Assembly (NCBI GenBank): GCA_023252035.1
Contig: JAHEXQ010000003.1
Coordinates: 1 to 43,965, forward strand
DNA length: 43,965 nucleotides
Reading direction: 5' to 3'
Source: Actinomycetes bacterium
GTDB taxonomy: Bacteria > Actinomycetota > Geothermincolia > Geothermincolales > JAHEXQ01
The translations under genes and the position numbers were made by a program. The notes under the pieces are model-generated. The model did no database searches. It was not told where the DNA came from and was given only the letters and a program-made list of their open reading frames with translations. Positions 34,716-42,901 of the stretch are shown piece after piece (the stretch's first letter is position 1; each line of letters starts with the position of its first letter).

Positions 34716-37700
34716 ATGCAAGAGCAACCTGAATTATTAGAACCAAAGACTTATACAAACACCGGCCTCTTCGCTGACTATTTCTTATCTGAAAAGTTGC
34801 CGCAAGAACGGGCGTGGTTTGACGCCCTTGAGGACCCCAAGACCCAAGAGCTATTCGACGAGCTACGGGAGCTCTTTAGGTCCAAGCAGGATGCACTTAA
34901 AGGTTCCAATGAAGCTCAGACCGAGGACGAGTTTATACGCCCAATCCTTGGCTTGCTAGGCTTCTCGTATATAGTGCAAACACCAACGAAGACTATGGGG
35001 CGCACTCAAACGCCGGACTATGCTTTGTTCGCTGACGATCAAGCCAAGCAAAAAGGCTTTCAAGGGGTCAAGCAGAACAACTACTCAAATGCCCTAGCTA
35101 TAGCTGATGCTAAATATTGGGACCGCCCGCTCGACAAGAAACTTAAAGATAGTAGGGACACTCTTACCAATCAAAACCCCACCTTCCAGATTTCCAGCTA
35201 TTTGATTTCGACGAAAACAAAGTGGGCCATTCTCACTAATGGAAGACTCTGGCGCCTGTATTCTCGCGATCAAAGCCAAACGATGGGCGAATATTATCAG
35301 GTCGACTTAGCACAGGTGCTGGAATCCGGTGAGCTGAGCGACTTCCTTTATTTCTACCTGTTCTTTAGAAAAGAGGCTTTTCAGCCCGCGCCGGCTGAAG
35401 CCTTTTTAGACCAAATCATCAAAGCTAGCATCGATTATGGCGCGAAGCTCCAAGAGAACCTCAAGAAGGAGATATTCGAGAAGATCTTCGTCTATTTCGC
35501 CAAAGGTTTTGCTAATTGGCGAGGGCAAAATGGAGAAAGTATAGAGACCCCCGAAAGCCTGAAAGAGATATTCGATAATACCTTGATTTTGCTCTACCGA
35601 CTGCTGTTCATTCTTTATGCAGAATCCCGCGTCCTCTTGCCCGTGAGAGAGCGGGACAAGTATTACACGAAAAGCCTAGCTAAAATCAAAGGCGAGATTA
35701 AACAAGACATCGAGGGGCGCAAGAGTCTAAGTAAGGTTTCGACCGATTATTGGGATGACCTGGTTAACCTCTTCCACATAATCGATAGAGGGGACCCCGA
35801 CCTGAATATTCCCAAATACAATGGTGGGCTCTTTTCTAGAACGCATGCGTTCCTGGAGACCAACAAGATCGCTGATTCATACTTGGCAGAGGCTATTTAT
35901 CTCTTGACGACTTATTTTGACGAAAGCAGAAAAGCCTGGGTGTTTGTTGACTTCAAATCCTTAGGTGTCAAACAGCTTGGATCCATCTACGAAGGCTTAC
36001 TGGAATTCCATTTAAGCATTGCTAGAGAGGAATTAGCAGTCGTAAGAGAAAAGGGCCGAGAGAAATATGTACCAGTCGGCCAAATCGCCAAAGGCCAAAA
36101 GGATACAGGTGCTCGTATTAAGCCTGGCGACCTCTACTTTGAAAACACCAAAGCGGAGCGCAAAGCCACGGGCTCATATTACACGCCGGATTACATAGTC
36201 AGATACATAGTCGAAAACACCGTGGGACCCTCAATCCAAGAAATTGAGGAATCCTTCTCCAAGCAGGTTGAAGTTCTAAAGCGTGACCCGAGATACAAGA
36301 ATCAGTCCGCAAAATGGAAGAATAAGGAATTAAAAAAACATGACCCTGCGCTCAAGGCTCTTGAACTGAAGATATGCGACCCAGCCATGGGTTCGGGTCA
36401 CTTCTTGGTTTCGACGGTGGATTTCATTGCCAACCGTATCTTTGAGATATTGACCAAATACTCTGACCAGATCTATTTTGGCCAAGAGCCCTACGAAAGT
36501 CTATTGTTCCAACAGATTCAAGAAATCCGCAAACACATTTTAGAAGAGATGGACAGGCAGCAAGTAACGATTGAGAAGGAAAAACTGGAAGACGATAAAG
36601 TCATCATACGGCGAATGGTCATGAAACGATGTATTTTCGGCGTTGATTTGAATTATCTTGCCGTCGAACTTTCAAAGCTTTCCCTTTGGCTAAACTCATT
36701 CGCGGTCGGTGCTCCTTTGTCGTTTCTCGACCACCATCTTAGGTGGGGGAACAGCTTAATAGGGGCAAGCATTGATGGTGTGCAAAGAGAAATGGAAAAG
36801 AGCATCTTCGGCTCTCGCTTCGCGGGTTTGCTTTCTGCTACGAGCGCTATGAGAAAGGTGGGCGAACTGACGGATTCAACATTTTTCGAATTGGAGGAAA
36901 GCAAAAAGGATTTCGAACAAGCCCTAGAGTGGTTGTCACCCTATAAGAGAGTTCTCAGTATCTGGACAAGCCACTATTTCGGTAACGATGGAGCGAAGGA
37001 TTTAATTGACCAAGGCCGCATTGACCCCGATAGGTTTGAAGAAGACAGGGATCAACTCATTGGCCAGGACTTGAGAGTTGTCGATAGAGCAACAACCATT
37101 GAGAAGGAAAAGGGTTTTTTGCACTGGGAACTCGAATTCCCGGAAGTCTTTTACAGCGCCACAGGGAAAATGACGAACGCAGGATTCGATGCAGTTATTG
37201 GAAATCCTCCTTACATTAACGCGAACGAGCTCAATAAGCAGCTATCTCAATTCGAGAAGCCTTATTGGCGTATTTGTTTCTCATCAGCATCAGGTGCATA
37301 TGATGCTTACGTCTTGTTCCTGGAGCAAGCACTAAGGCTGACTCGCACGGGAGGTTTGGCCTCCTTGATTACACCTAATAAGTTCCTTTCGGCACCTTAT
37401 GGTGTAGCTTTGCGTGAATACCTATACAAAAACGCAAAGATGATGCGCCTCTTAGACGCTTCAAGAGCTAGGGTCTTTGATGATCCTTCCGTGTATCCGG
37501 TTGTAACGGTTTTCGAGAATACGTGCCCCCTTGATCGCTATAAGATACTCATTGAAACCATTCGCGAGAAAGACAATGAGAGATTCTCAGAGTTTAGTTT
37601 TCACGAGAGCGATAATTTAACGAAGCTGCCTGACAAGATTTGGGGATTCCTATTTTCGGAATATCTGCCGCTGATAGTCAAAGCTACGCAGACTTCGTTG

Positions 37701-38816
37701 AGCCTAGAAATGTGCTCGACCGTTCGTGCATCCAGTTCGGCAACTGAAGCTGATGCTTATGAGAAAGCATTAACAAATAGGCCGGGTAAAACCATGAAGA
37801 AATTCCTAAACACAGGGCTAATTAATCGGTTTGGCAACACGTGGGGCATTCAGCCTTTAGTGCACAAGGGGCATACATTCAGGACCCCTTATATTGATTT
37901 GGCTCACGATGTCGTAAGTGACAATCGCAGGGCACAATATGAAAAACCAAAAATCATATTTGCCAAGATTGCCAAGCGGATTGAAGCGTACTTAGACAGA
38001 GGCGGCACATTCGCTTCGGCAAATACGAATTTTGTTTATGATTCTGAATTCGACCTGGGCTATTTACTCGCGATTCTAAACAGTAGATTGATGTCGACCT
38101 TGTATCAGGGATATTTCGGCGCGCTAATCATGAGTGGCGGCTACTTTCAGTTCCAGGCACCACAATTAAGAGTCCTCCCGATCCGCAAAATTGATTTTAC
38201 GACGCCAACAGTGGAACGAAAGAAGAAGGCTGAAATATTGGAAGCAATGTATGCAGATTGTCGGGTCGATTCCGCTTTCGATAAGATTAATAGCTTCATC
38301 GATGAGCTGCTTTCTAAGAAGCACAGCCTAGGTCCTCAATCTGCGCGAACGACGAAAAGCGAAATCCTCGACATAAAGAAAAGGGGCAAAAAAGAAACAT
38401 CCCTTAGCCAGGCAGACGTGGTCCATGATTTCCTAGCTTTCTTGTCCAACCAAATGACTGAAATGAATAAACAAAAGCAAATGGAGGCTTCGGGATTCAT
38501 AACATACCTAGAAAGGACAATTGGCGGTGATGTTGGAAATCTAGCAAATAGATCGTTTGTCGTAGGCTATTACAATCATTCGATTGAAGGGCTGCTGGAT
38601 GTTTTGCATCGAAATGAAGATAGGCTCCGGGGGTTCGATTCGAAATCACGTGGCGACCAAGAAAGACTCGAAAAGGAATTCAACAAGAGCAAGCAGAAGC
38701 TCGATCCTCTAAAATCACAAATCGAAGGAACCGACCGCCTCATCGAGCAAATTGTCTATAAGTTATACGGCTTGACGGATGAGGAAATCGAAATTGTCGA
38801 AAGCTCTCAACGATGA
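34716..38816 (+). CDS. Large Eco57I/PglX/MmeI-like N6-adenine DNA methyltransferase with an N-terminal PD-(D/E)XK-like motif
   Basis: GSYYTPDYIV (36171 onward), CDPAMGSGHFLV (36378 onward) and IGNPPYI (NPPY at 37203-37214). The N-terminus has TPDYALF (PD at 35013-35018) and ADAKYW (D-A-K at 35106-35114), then WAILTNGRLWRLY. The C-terminal ~500 aa is TRD-like plus coiled coil. Confidence 0.9.
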   Translation: MQEQPELLEPKTYTNTGLFADYFLSEKLPQERAWFDALEDPKTQELFDELRELFRSKQDALKGSNEAQTEDEFIRPILGLLGFSYIVQTPTKTMGRTQTPDYALFADDQAKQKGFQGVKQNNYSNALAIADAKYWDRPLDKKLKDSRDTLTNQNPTFQISSYLISTKTKWAILTNGRLWRLYSRDQSQTMGEYYQVDLAQVLESGELSDFLYFYLFFRKEAFQPAPAEAFLDQIIKASIDYGAKLQENLKKEIFEKIFVYFAKGFANWRGQNGESIETPESLKEIFDNTLILLYRLLFILYAESRVLLPVRERDKYYTKSLAKIKGEIKQDIEGRKSLSKVSTDYWDDLVNLFHIIDRGDPDLNIPKYNGGLFSRTHAFLETNKIADSYLAEAIYLLTTYFDESRKAWVFVDFKSLGVKQLGSIYEGLLEFHLSIAREELAVVREKGREKYVPVGQIAKGQKDTGARIKPGDLYFENTKAERKATGSYYTPDYIVRYIVENTVGPSIQEIEESFSKQVEVLKRDPRYKNQSAKWKNKELKKHDPALKALELKICDPAMGSGHFLVSTVDFIANRIFEILTKYSDQIYFGQEPYESLLFQQIQEIRKHILEEMDRQQVTIEKEKLEDDKVIIRRMVMKRCIFGVDLNYLAVELSKLSLWLNSFAVGAPLSFLDHHLRWGNSLIGASIDGVQREMEKSIFGSRFAGLLSATSAMRKVGELTDSTFFELEESKKDFEQALEWLSPYKRVLSIWTSHYFGNDGAKDLIDQGRIDPDRFEEDRDQLIGQDLRVVDRATTIEKEKGFLHWELEFPEVFYSATGKMTNAGFDAVIGNPPYINANELNKQLSQFEKPYWRICFSSASGAYDAYVLFLEQALRLTRTGGLASLITPNKFLSAPYGVALREYLYKNAKMMRLLDASRARVFDDPSVYPVVTVFENTCPLDRYKILIETIREKDNERFSEFSFHESDNLTKLPDKIWGFLFSEYLPLIVKATQTSLSLEMCSTVRASSSATEADAYEKALTNRPGKTMKKFLNTGLINRFGNTWGIQPLVHKGHTFRTPYIDLAHDVVSDNRRAQYEKPKIIFAKIAKRIEAYLDRGGTFASANTNFVYDSEFDLGYLLAILNSRLMSTLYQGYFGALIMSGGYFQFQAPQLRVLPIRKIDFTTPTVERKKKAEILEAMYADCRVDSAFDKINSFIDELLSKKHSLGPQSARTTKSEILDIKKRGKKETSLSQADVVHDFLAFLSNQMTEMNKQKQMEASGFITYLERTIGGDVGNLANRSFVVGYYNHSIEGLLDVLHRNEDRLRGFDSKSRGDQERLEKEFNKSKQKLDPLKSQIEGTDRLIEQIVYKLYGLTDEEIEIVESSQR

Positions 38817-40783
38817 CCATACAATTTCTTATTAACGATGACGGTACTCCCTTTAAATCGCCTGATATACAGACATTGCGTGCGGCATTAGATTCGCTCG
38901 GGAATAATGAACGGGAAGAGTACCGCAATCAAAACGCTTCAGCTATTGCACGACACGATGCCGTCAAATTCCTGATTGTATCTGGACCCGGAACGGGCAA
39001 GAGCCACCTTTTCCTAAGCAGGATTGACTATTGGTTTCAAAAAGACCAAGACGCAAGCGTTGTTGTCACAAGCTTTGTTCGAAAGTTAGTGGCTGATTTG
39101 CAGAATGATATTGAGAGCGACGAAAGACTAACCGCCGAGCAAAAAAACAGAATTTCAGTATCCACCTTGCATAAGTTTGCTCGCAGCATTGTAGAAAAAA
39201 ATCACGGTACGGCCGAATGGCGATTTAGTCCGCATTTTCGGATCATAGGACAGTCTTGGAAGGAAATAGTGTGGGGTGATGTGCTTGCTTTCCATATCAG
39301 CGTGGACGGCGGTGTCTATACATGGCAGGAATTTGAGAAACAATTGCATGATCATTGCTTTGAGGAATCCGATGAATGGAAGGTGTTAAAAGAAACCTAT
39401 TTTAGGCTCTGCCAATTCTATAATGCGGCTGGATTTGCTGATTTGATTTTGCATGCCACAAAGGCATTAGCAGAAAATTCTACTCTAAATGAAGATGCTT
39501 ATTTCATAGTTGACGAGTATCAGGATTTCAATCTTGCTGAAGAAGCTCTTATAAACCAATTGGCAGATAATCCCAAAGGCCTACTTGTCGTTGGCGATGA
39601 TGAGCAAGTCCTTTACGAAGAGTTAAAATCAGGCAAACCCACGTTGATTCGCAACCTGTATAAAAACACAGACTATGTCAACGGAATGCTTCCTTTCTGC
39701 AGTAGGAGTAGCCACCACATTACAAAAACTGTTGACCATTTCATTCAACAGCTCAGGGAGGCAGAATCGATAGAAAAGATTTACTTGCCCTTAACCGCCG
39801 ATACCGATGAACCGAAAGTCCAGGTTATTGCTTGTGCCACTTCGGCGACTGCTGTCGATTATATTAAGAAATTTGTTCAGGATAACAAGGCAGAAGTTGA
39901 CGAGCGCAAGACTAAATTGGAATCCGGCGAAGCAAAGGATGCCTTTCTGCTCATCTTGACTCCTGCTAAAAAAGTAAAGTTCTTCGGACAATCAAAAGAA
40001 GAAATCGAGCGTATCGTCGCGGAATATCAACCCGAAAACCGTTATTTCTCAGAGGACTATTACAAAGTGTTGAGTTATTACTCCCTAGCAAACAATCCCC
40101 GTAATAATTTCACCTTTCGAAAGGTGTTGTACTACGAAGATATTTCAACAGCAAGAGTACATGAATTGATCGAAATCGCTATGCAGAAAAATCAATCCTT
40201 TTGCGAAGTTAATTCCGATGAAATCAAGAATGCACAAGAGAAGTGTAACAATATTAAGACGATTCTTGAAAATGAGGGTACAGCCACTGAAACAAAGATA
40301 GAGGACATTGCCCGGCTTGTCTCCATAGCTGATAAGGCCAGACTCAAGGAAGATATTTCACAAAAATCCATTAGCCAAGAAGAAATTGCAAAGATTGAAC
40401 ACGAAGAAGAGGAAGAGGCGGAGTTAGAAGAAATTGAAGTAAAGAAAATGGGCGCTGTTGAGCTAATCACCATAGTTGGCTCAAAGGGTTTATCTGCGGA
40501 TCATGTAGTTATTATCGGTTTTGATAATGTAAATATGAGCCGGGTAACGAAGAATGCGTTTTATGTTGCCATGGCCCGCGCTAGAAATAGTTTACACATT
40601 CTTACTGCCCTAAAATCGGGGGGCGCGGAACAAGCACACGACTTCCTAAATCAATTGCCAGATAATCATACCGAATATCACAGTTATAAGAAAAGCGGCC
40701 GAGAAACAAATCCATTGCGAGGCAAACAAGGATTCAGGAGCTATCTCAATAACATAATTTCTATGTCAAGGCGAAGGCGATAA
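38813..40783 (+). CDS. UvrD/Rep-like SF1 helicase
   Basis: ATGA overlap with the methyltransferase stop. SGPGTGKSH, VSTLHKFA, IVDEYQDFN, VVGDDEQVLY, GSKGLSADHVVIIG, YVAMARARNSL. No recognisable nuclease domain. Confidence 0.85.
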   Translation: MTIQFLINDDGTPFKSPDIQTLRAALDSLGNNEREEYRNQNASAIARHDAVKFLIVSGPGTGKSHLFLSRIDYWFQKDQDASVVVTSFVRKLVADLQNDIESDERLTAEQKNRISVSTLHKFARSIVEKNHGTAEWRFSPHFRIIGQSWKEIVWGDVLAFHISVDGGVYTWQEFEKQLHDHCFEESDEWKVLKETYFRLCQFYNAAGFADLILHATKALAENSTLNEDAYFIVDEYQDFNLAEEALINQLADNPKGLLVVGDDEQVLYEELKSGKPTLIRNLYKNTDYVNGMLPFCSRSSHHITKTVDHFIQQLREAESIEKIYLPLTADTDEPKVQVIACATSATAVDYIKKFVQDNKAEVDERKTKLESGEAKDAFLLILTPAKKVKFFGQSKEEIERIVAEYQPENRYFSEDYYKVLSYYSLANNPRNNFTFRKVLYYEDISTARVHELIEIAMQKNQSFCEVNSDEIKNAQEKCNNIKTILENEGTATETKIEDIARLVSIADKARLKEDISQKSISQEEIAKIEHEEEEEAELEEIEVKKMGAVELITIVGSKGLSADHVVIIGFDNVNMSRVTKNAFYVAMARARNSLHILTALKSGGAEQAHDFLNQLPDNHTEYHSYKKSGRETNPLRGKQGFRSYLNNIISMSRRRR

Positions 40784-40835
40784 GCCCCCGATGAACGTGT
40801 CTAAATGCCCTGCTACCTGCAGTTTTATCGATTAC

Positions 40836-41793
40836 TGTTAGCGGGCACTCAAATGCGGACACCTAAGAACACTTGAAAACCGGCCACTTGAGGTAGGTAA
40901 TAATGGGCGCCACACTCCTTTCAGGAAGGAGTGATGGCCTTGACAAACTACCTCAAGATGGAGAAAAGAAGCAGCGTAGAGACACTCTTAGAGCTGGGAT
41001 GGAGCTACCGGCGCATCGAACGGGAGACCGGGGTGCGCAGGGAGACGGTGGCGCGCTACGACAAATCCCGACATTCAAATGCGGCCAAAGTGCCCACCGG
41101 CTCTGGTGAAGAGCCCCCAAATGCGGCCAAAGTGCCCACCGGCTCCCGTGGATCCAGGAGCCAGGCCCGGCCCTGGCACGAAGAGATCGCGGCGGGGCTT
41201 TCAGGGGGCCTCACCTGCCAGCGCATCTGGCAGGATCTCGTGCAGGATCACGGATATGTAGGTTCCTACGAGTCGGTAAAGCGCTACGCGAAGCGCATCA
41301 AGCTCACCCACCCCGAGGTGGCCGACGTCTTGCACGCCCCTCCCGGGGCCGAGGCCCAGCAGGATTTCTTCCGCGGGCCACCCACCTTTCGGGCCGATAC
41401 GGGCCGCTGGGGCCGTCCCTGGGTCTTCGGAATGGTACTGGCCTGTTCCCGCTACTCCTACGAGGAGGCGGTCTGGTCCCAGGACATCACATCCTTTATC
41501 CGCCTGCACGAAAACGCCTTTCGTGCCTTCGGCGGGATTCCCAGGGTAGTGAGGCTGGATAACCTGAAGAGCGGAGTGGCCAGAGCGGCCCTGTACGACC
41601 CGGATATCAATGCGGCCTATGCCTCTTTTGCCACTCACTACGGATTCACCCCGTTGCCCTGTGCTCCCGGAAAGCCCGAGGAGAAGGGGAAGGTGGAACG
41701 GGCGGGCGCCTACCTGAAGGGCAACGCCCTGGCCGGCCGGCGCTTCGACAGCTTGGCCGAGCTGAACGAGTACCTTACCCGCTGGAACTGCCT
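40836..41793 (+). mobile_element. IS21-family element 1: left end plus truncated istA
   Basis: Composition returns to GC-rich at about 40.8 kb. TGTTAGCGGGCAC...GCGGACAC motifs lie upstream of istA. The element is interrupted near 41.79 kb. The left boundary is approximate. Confidence 0.5.
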
Positions 41794-41803
41794 ATTCTGG
41801 TGA
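40931..41803 (+). pseudogene. istA: IS21-family transposase IstA, C-terminally truncated
   Basis: N-terminal HTH (LLELGWSYRRIERETGVRRETVARY). DDE region (QQDF, RLDN, KGKVER). It ends ...LNEYLTRWN then CLFW*, about 100-200 aa short of full-length IstA proteins. Confidence 0.75.
41076..41145 (+). repeat. In-frame tandem duplication inside istA
   Basis: The 28-mer CAAATGCGGCCAAAGTGCCCACCGGCTC occurs at 41076-41103 and 41118-41145 with a 42-nt period, giving NAAKVPTGS twice. Confidence 0.9.
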
Positions 41804-41898
41804 AAGTGGACACCAATTCTGTTTGAACGTGGACACTCCCGGAGCGAAGCGACGCCGGAACCCTATGTCCTTTCCAACTGTCCACCTTCGACCAGAAT
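41794..41898. repeat. Imperfect inverted repeat at the IS-IS junction
   Basis: ATTCTGGTGAAAGTGGACA (41794-41812) versus the reverse complement of TGTCCACCTTCGACCAGAAT (41879-41898). Additional GTGGACAC at 41829-41836 and TGTCCAC at 41950-41956. Confidence 0.7.
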
Positions 41899-42124
41899 GA
41901 TGTCTGGTTTCAGCGAACTCACCCCCTTTCTATCAGCGTGAGGTTGTGCTGTCCACTCCCACCAAAGCCCATAAAGCTCAGGCAGGCCATGTCTGACATC
42001 CAGTCCGATCATTCCAAAGCCTCCTGCGGCCTCTGAAGAGCTTGTCCGTGTTAAGGATGTTGATTGTGTTGCTCGTTTCCTCTTCTGATGCTTGAGGCGC
42101 CAGCGTTGGATGGAGCTGGAAGGG

Positions 42125-42889
42125 CTAGTCATCTCCGCTCTCCGGACCTTTCTGCCCCTTCGGATCCTGGCGCTTTCGCATGGATGCGCCCTTTAGCACG
42201 ATGCGGTGGGCGCTGTGCACCAGGCGGTCCAGGATGGCGTCGGCCACCGTCGGCTCCCCGATCACCTCATGCCAGGCGGAGACCGGAAGCTGCGAGGCCA
42301 GGATGGTGGCACGGGAGGAGTGGCGGTCCTCGATCACCTCCAGGAACTGCCTCCTCTCGCCATCCGTCAAGGCGGCAAGCCCCCAGTCATCGACCACCAG
42401 CACGTCGGCCCGCTCCAGCTTGGCCAAAAACCGGGGCCAGGACCCATCGGCCTGGGCCATGAGCAGGGCGGAGAATAGGCGGGGAGCTCGGAAGTAGAGG
42501 GCCGAGTATCCCTTGCGCAGCGCCTGGTCGGCCAGGGCGCAGGCCAGATAGGTCTTCCCGGTGCCCGTGGGCCCGACTATCAGGACCGCGGAGTGAGATG
42601 CCACCCAGCGGCAGTCGGCCAGCGAGCGCATGAGCGCTTGGTCCAGCCCGCGGCCGGAGCGGTAATCGATATCCTCCATGGAGGCCGGGATGCGCAGCTT
42701 GGCCGCCCGCATGCGCCGCTCCAGCTTACGGTTCTCTCGGTCCGTCCACTCCCGGTCTACGAGCATGCCCACCCTCTCCTCAAAGGAGAGCCCCTCGTAC
42801 GAGGAGAGCTCCGTCTGTTCAGAAAGGGCGTCCCGCAGCCCGAAGAGCTTCATGGCGTTTAACTTCTCTAGGGTCTGGGAAAAAAGCAC
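42125..42889 (-). CDS. istB: IS21-family helper ATPase IstB
   Basis: GTG start follows GGAGG. Walker A is VGPTGTGKTYLA and Walker B is VLVVDDWG. 254 aa. It starts 12 nt after the istA stop. Confidence 0.9.
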   Translation of the reverse strand: MLFSQTLEKLNAMKLFGLRDALSEQTELSSYEGLSFEERVGMLVDREWTDRENRKLERRMRAAKLRIPASMEDIDYRSGRGLDQALMRSLADCRWVASHSAVLIVGPTGTGKTYLACALADQALRKGYSALYFRAPRLFSALLMAQADGSWPRFLAKLERADVLVVDDWGLAALTDGERRQFLEVIEDRHSSRATILASQLPVSAWHEVIGEPTVADAILDRLVHSAHRIVLKGASMRKRQDPKGQKGPESGDD

Positions 42890-42901
42890 GTTCTTCCTCC
42901 T

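Noticed and set aside
31714-40783. Calling the operon a DISARM (class 1) or BREX system
   Set aside because: The defining DISARM core (DrmA helicase, DrmB DUF1998, DrmC PLD) and the BREX core (PglZ phosphatase, BrxC ATPase, BrxL/BrxA/BrxB) are not present anywhere in the window. Only the SNF2-plus-methyltransferase resemblance remains, so I report it as DISARM-like/BREX-like at most.
41863-42132. 89-aa minus-strand ORF downstream of istB
   Set aside because: It lies within the repeat-bearing end region of IS21 element 2. It has no RBS or recognisable family and is most likely non-coding IS terminal sequence.
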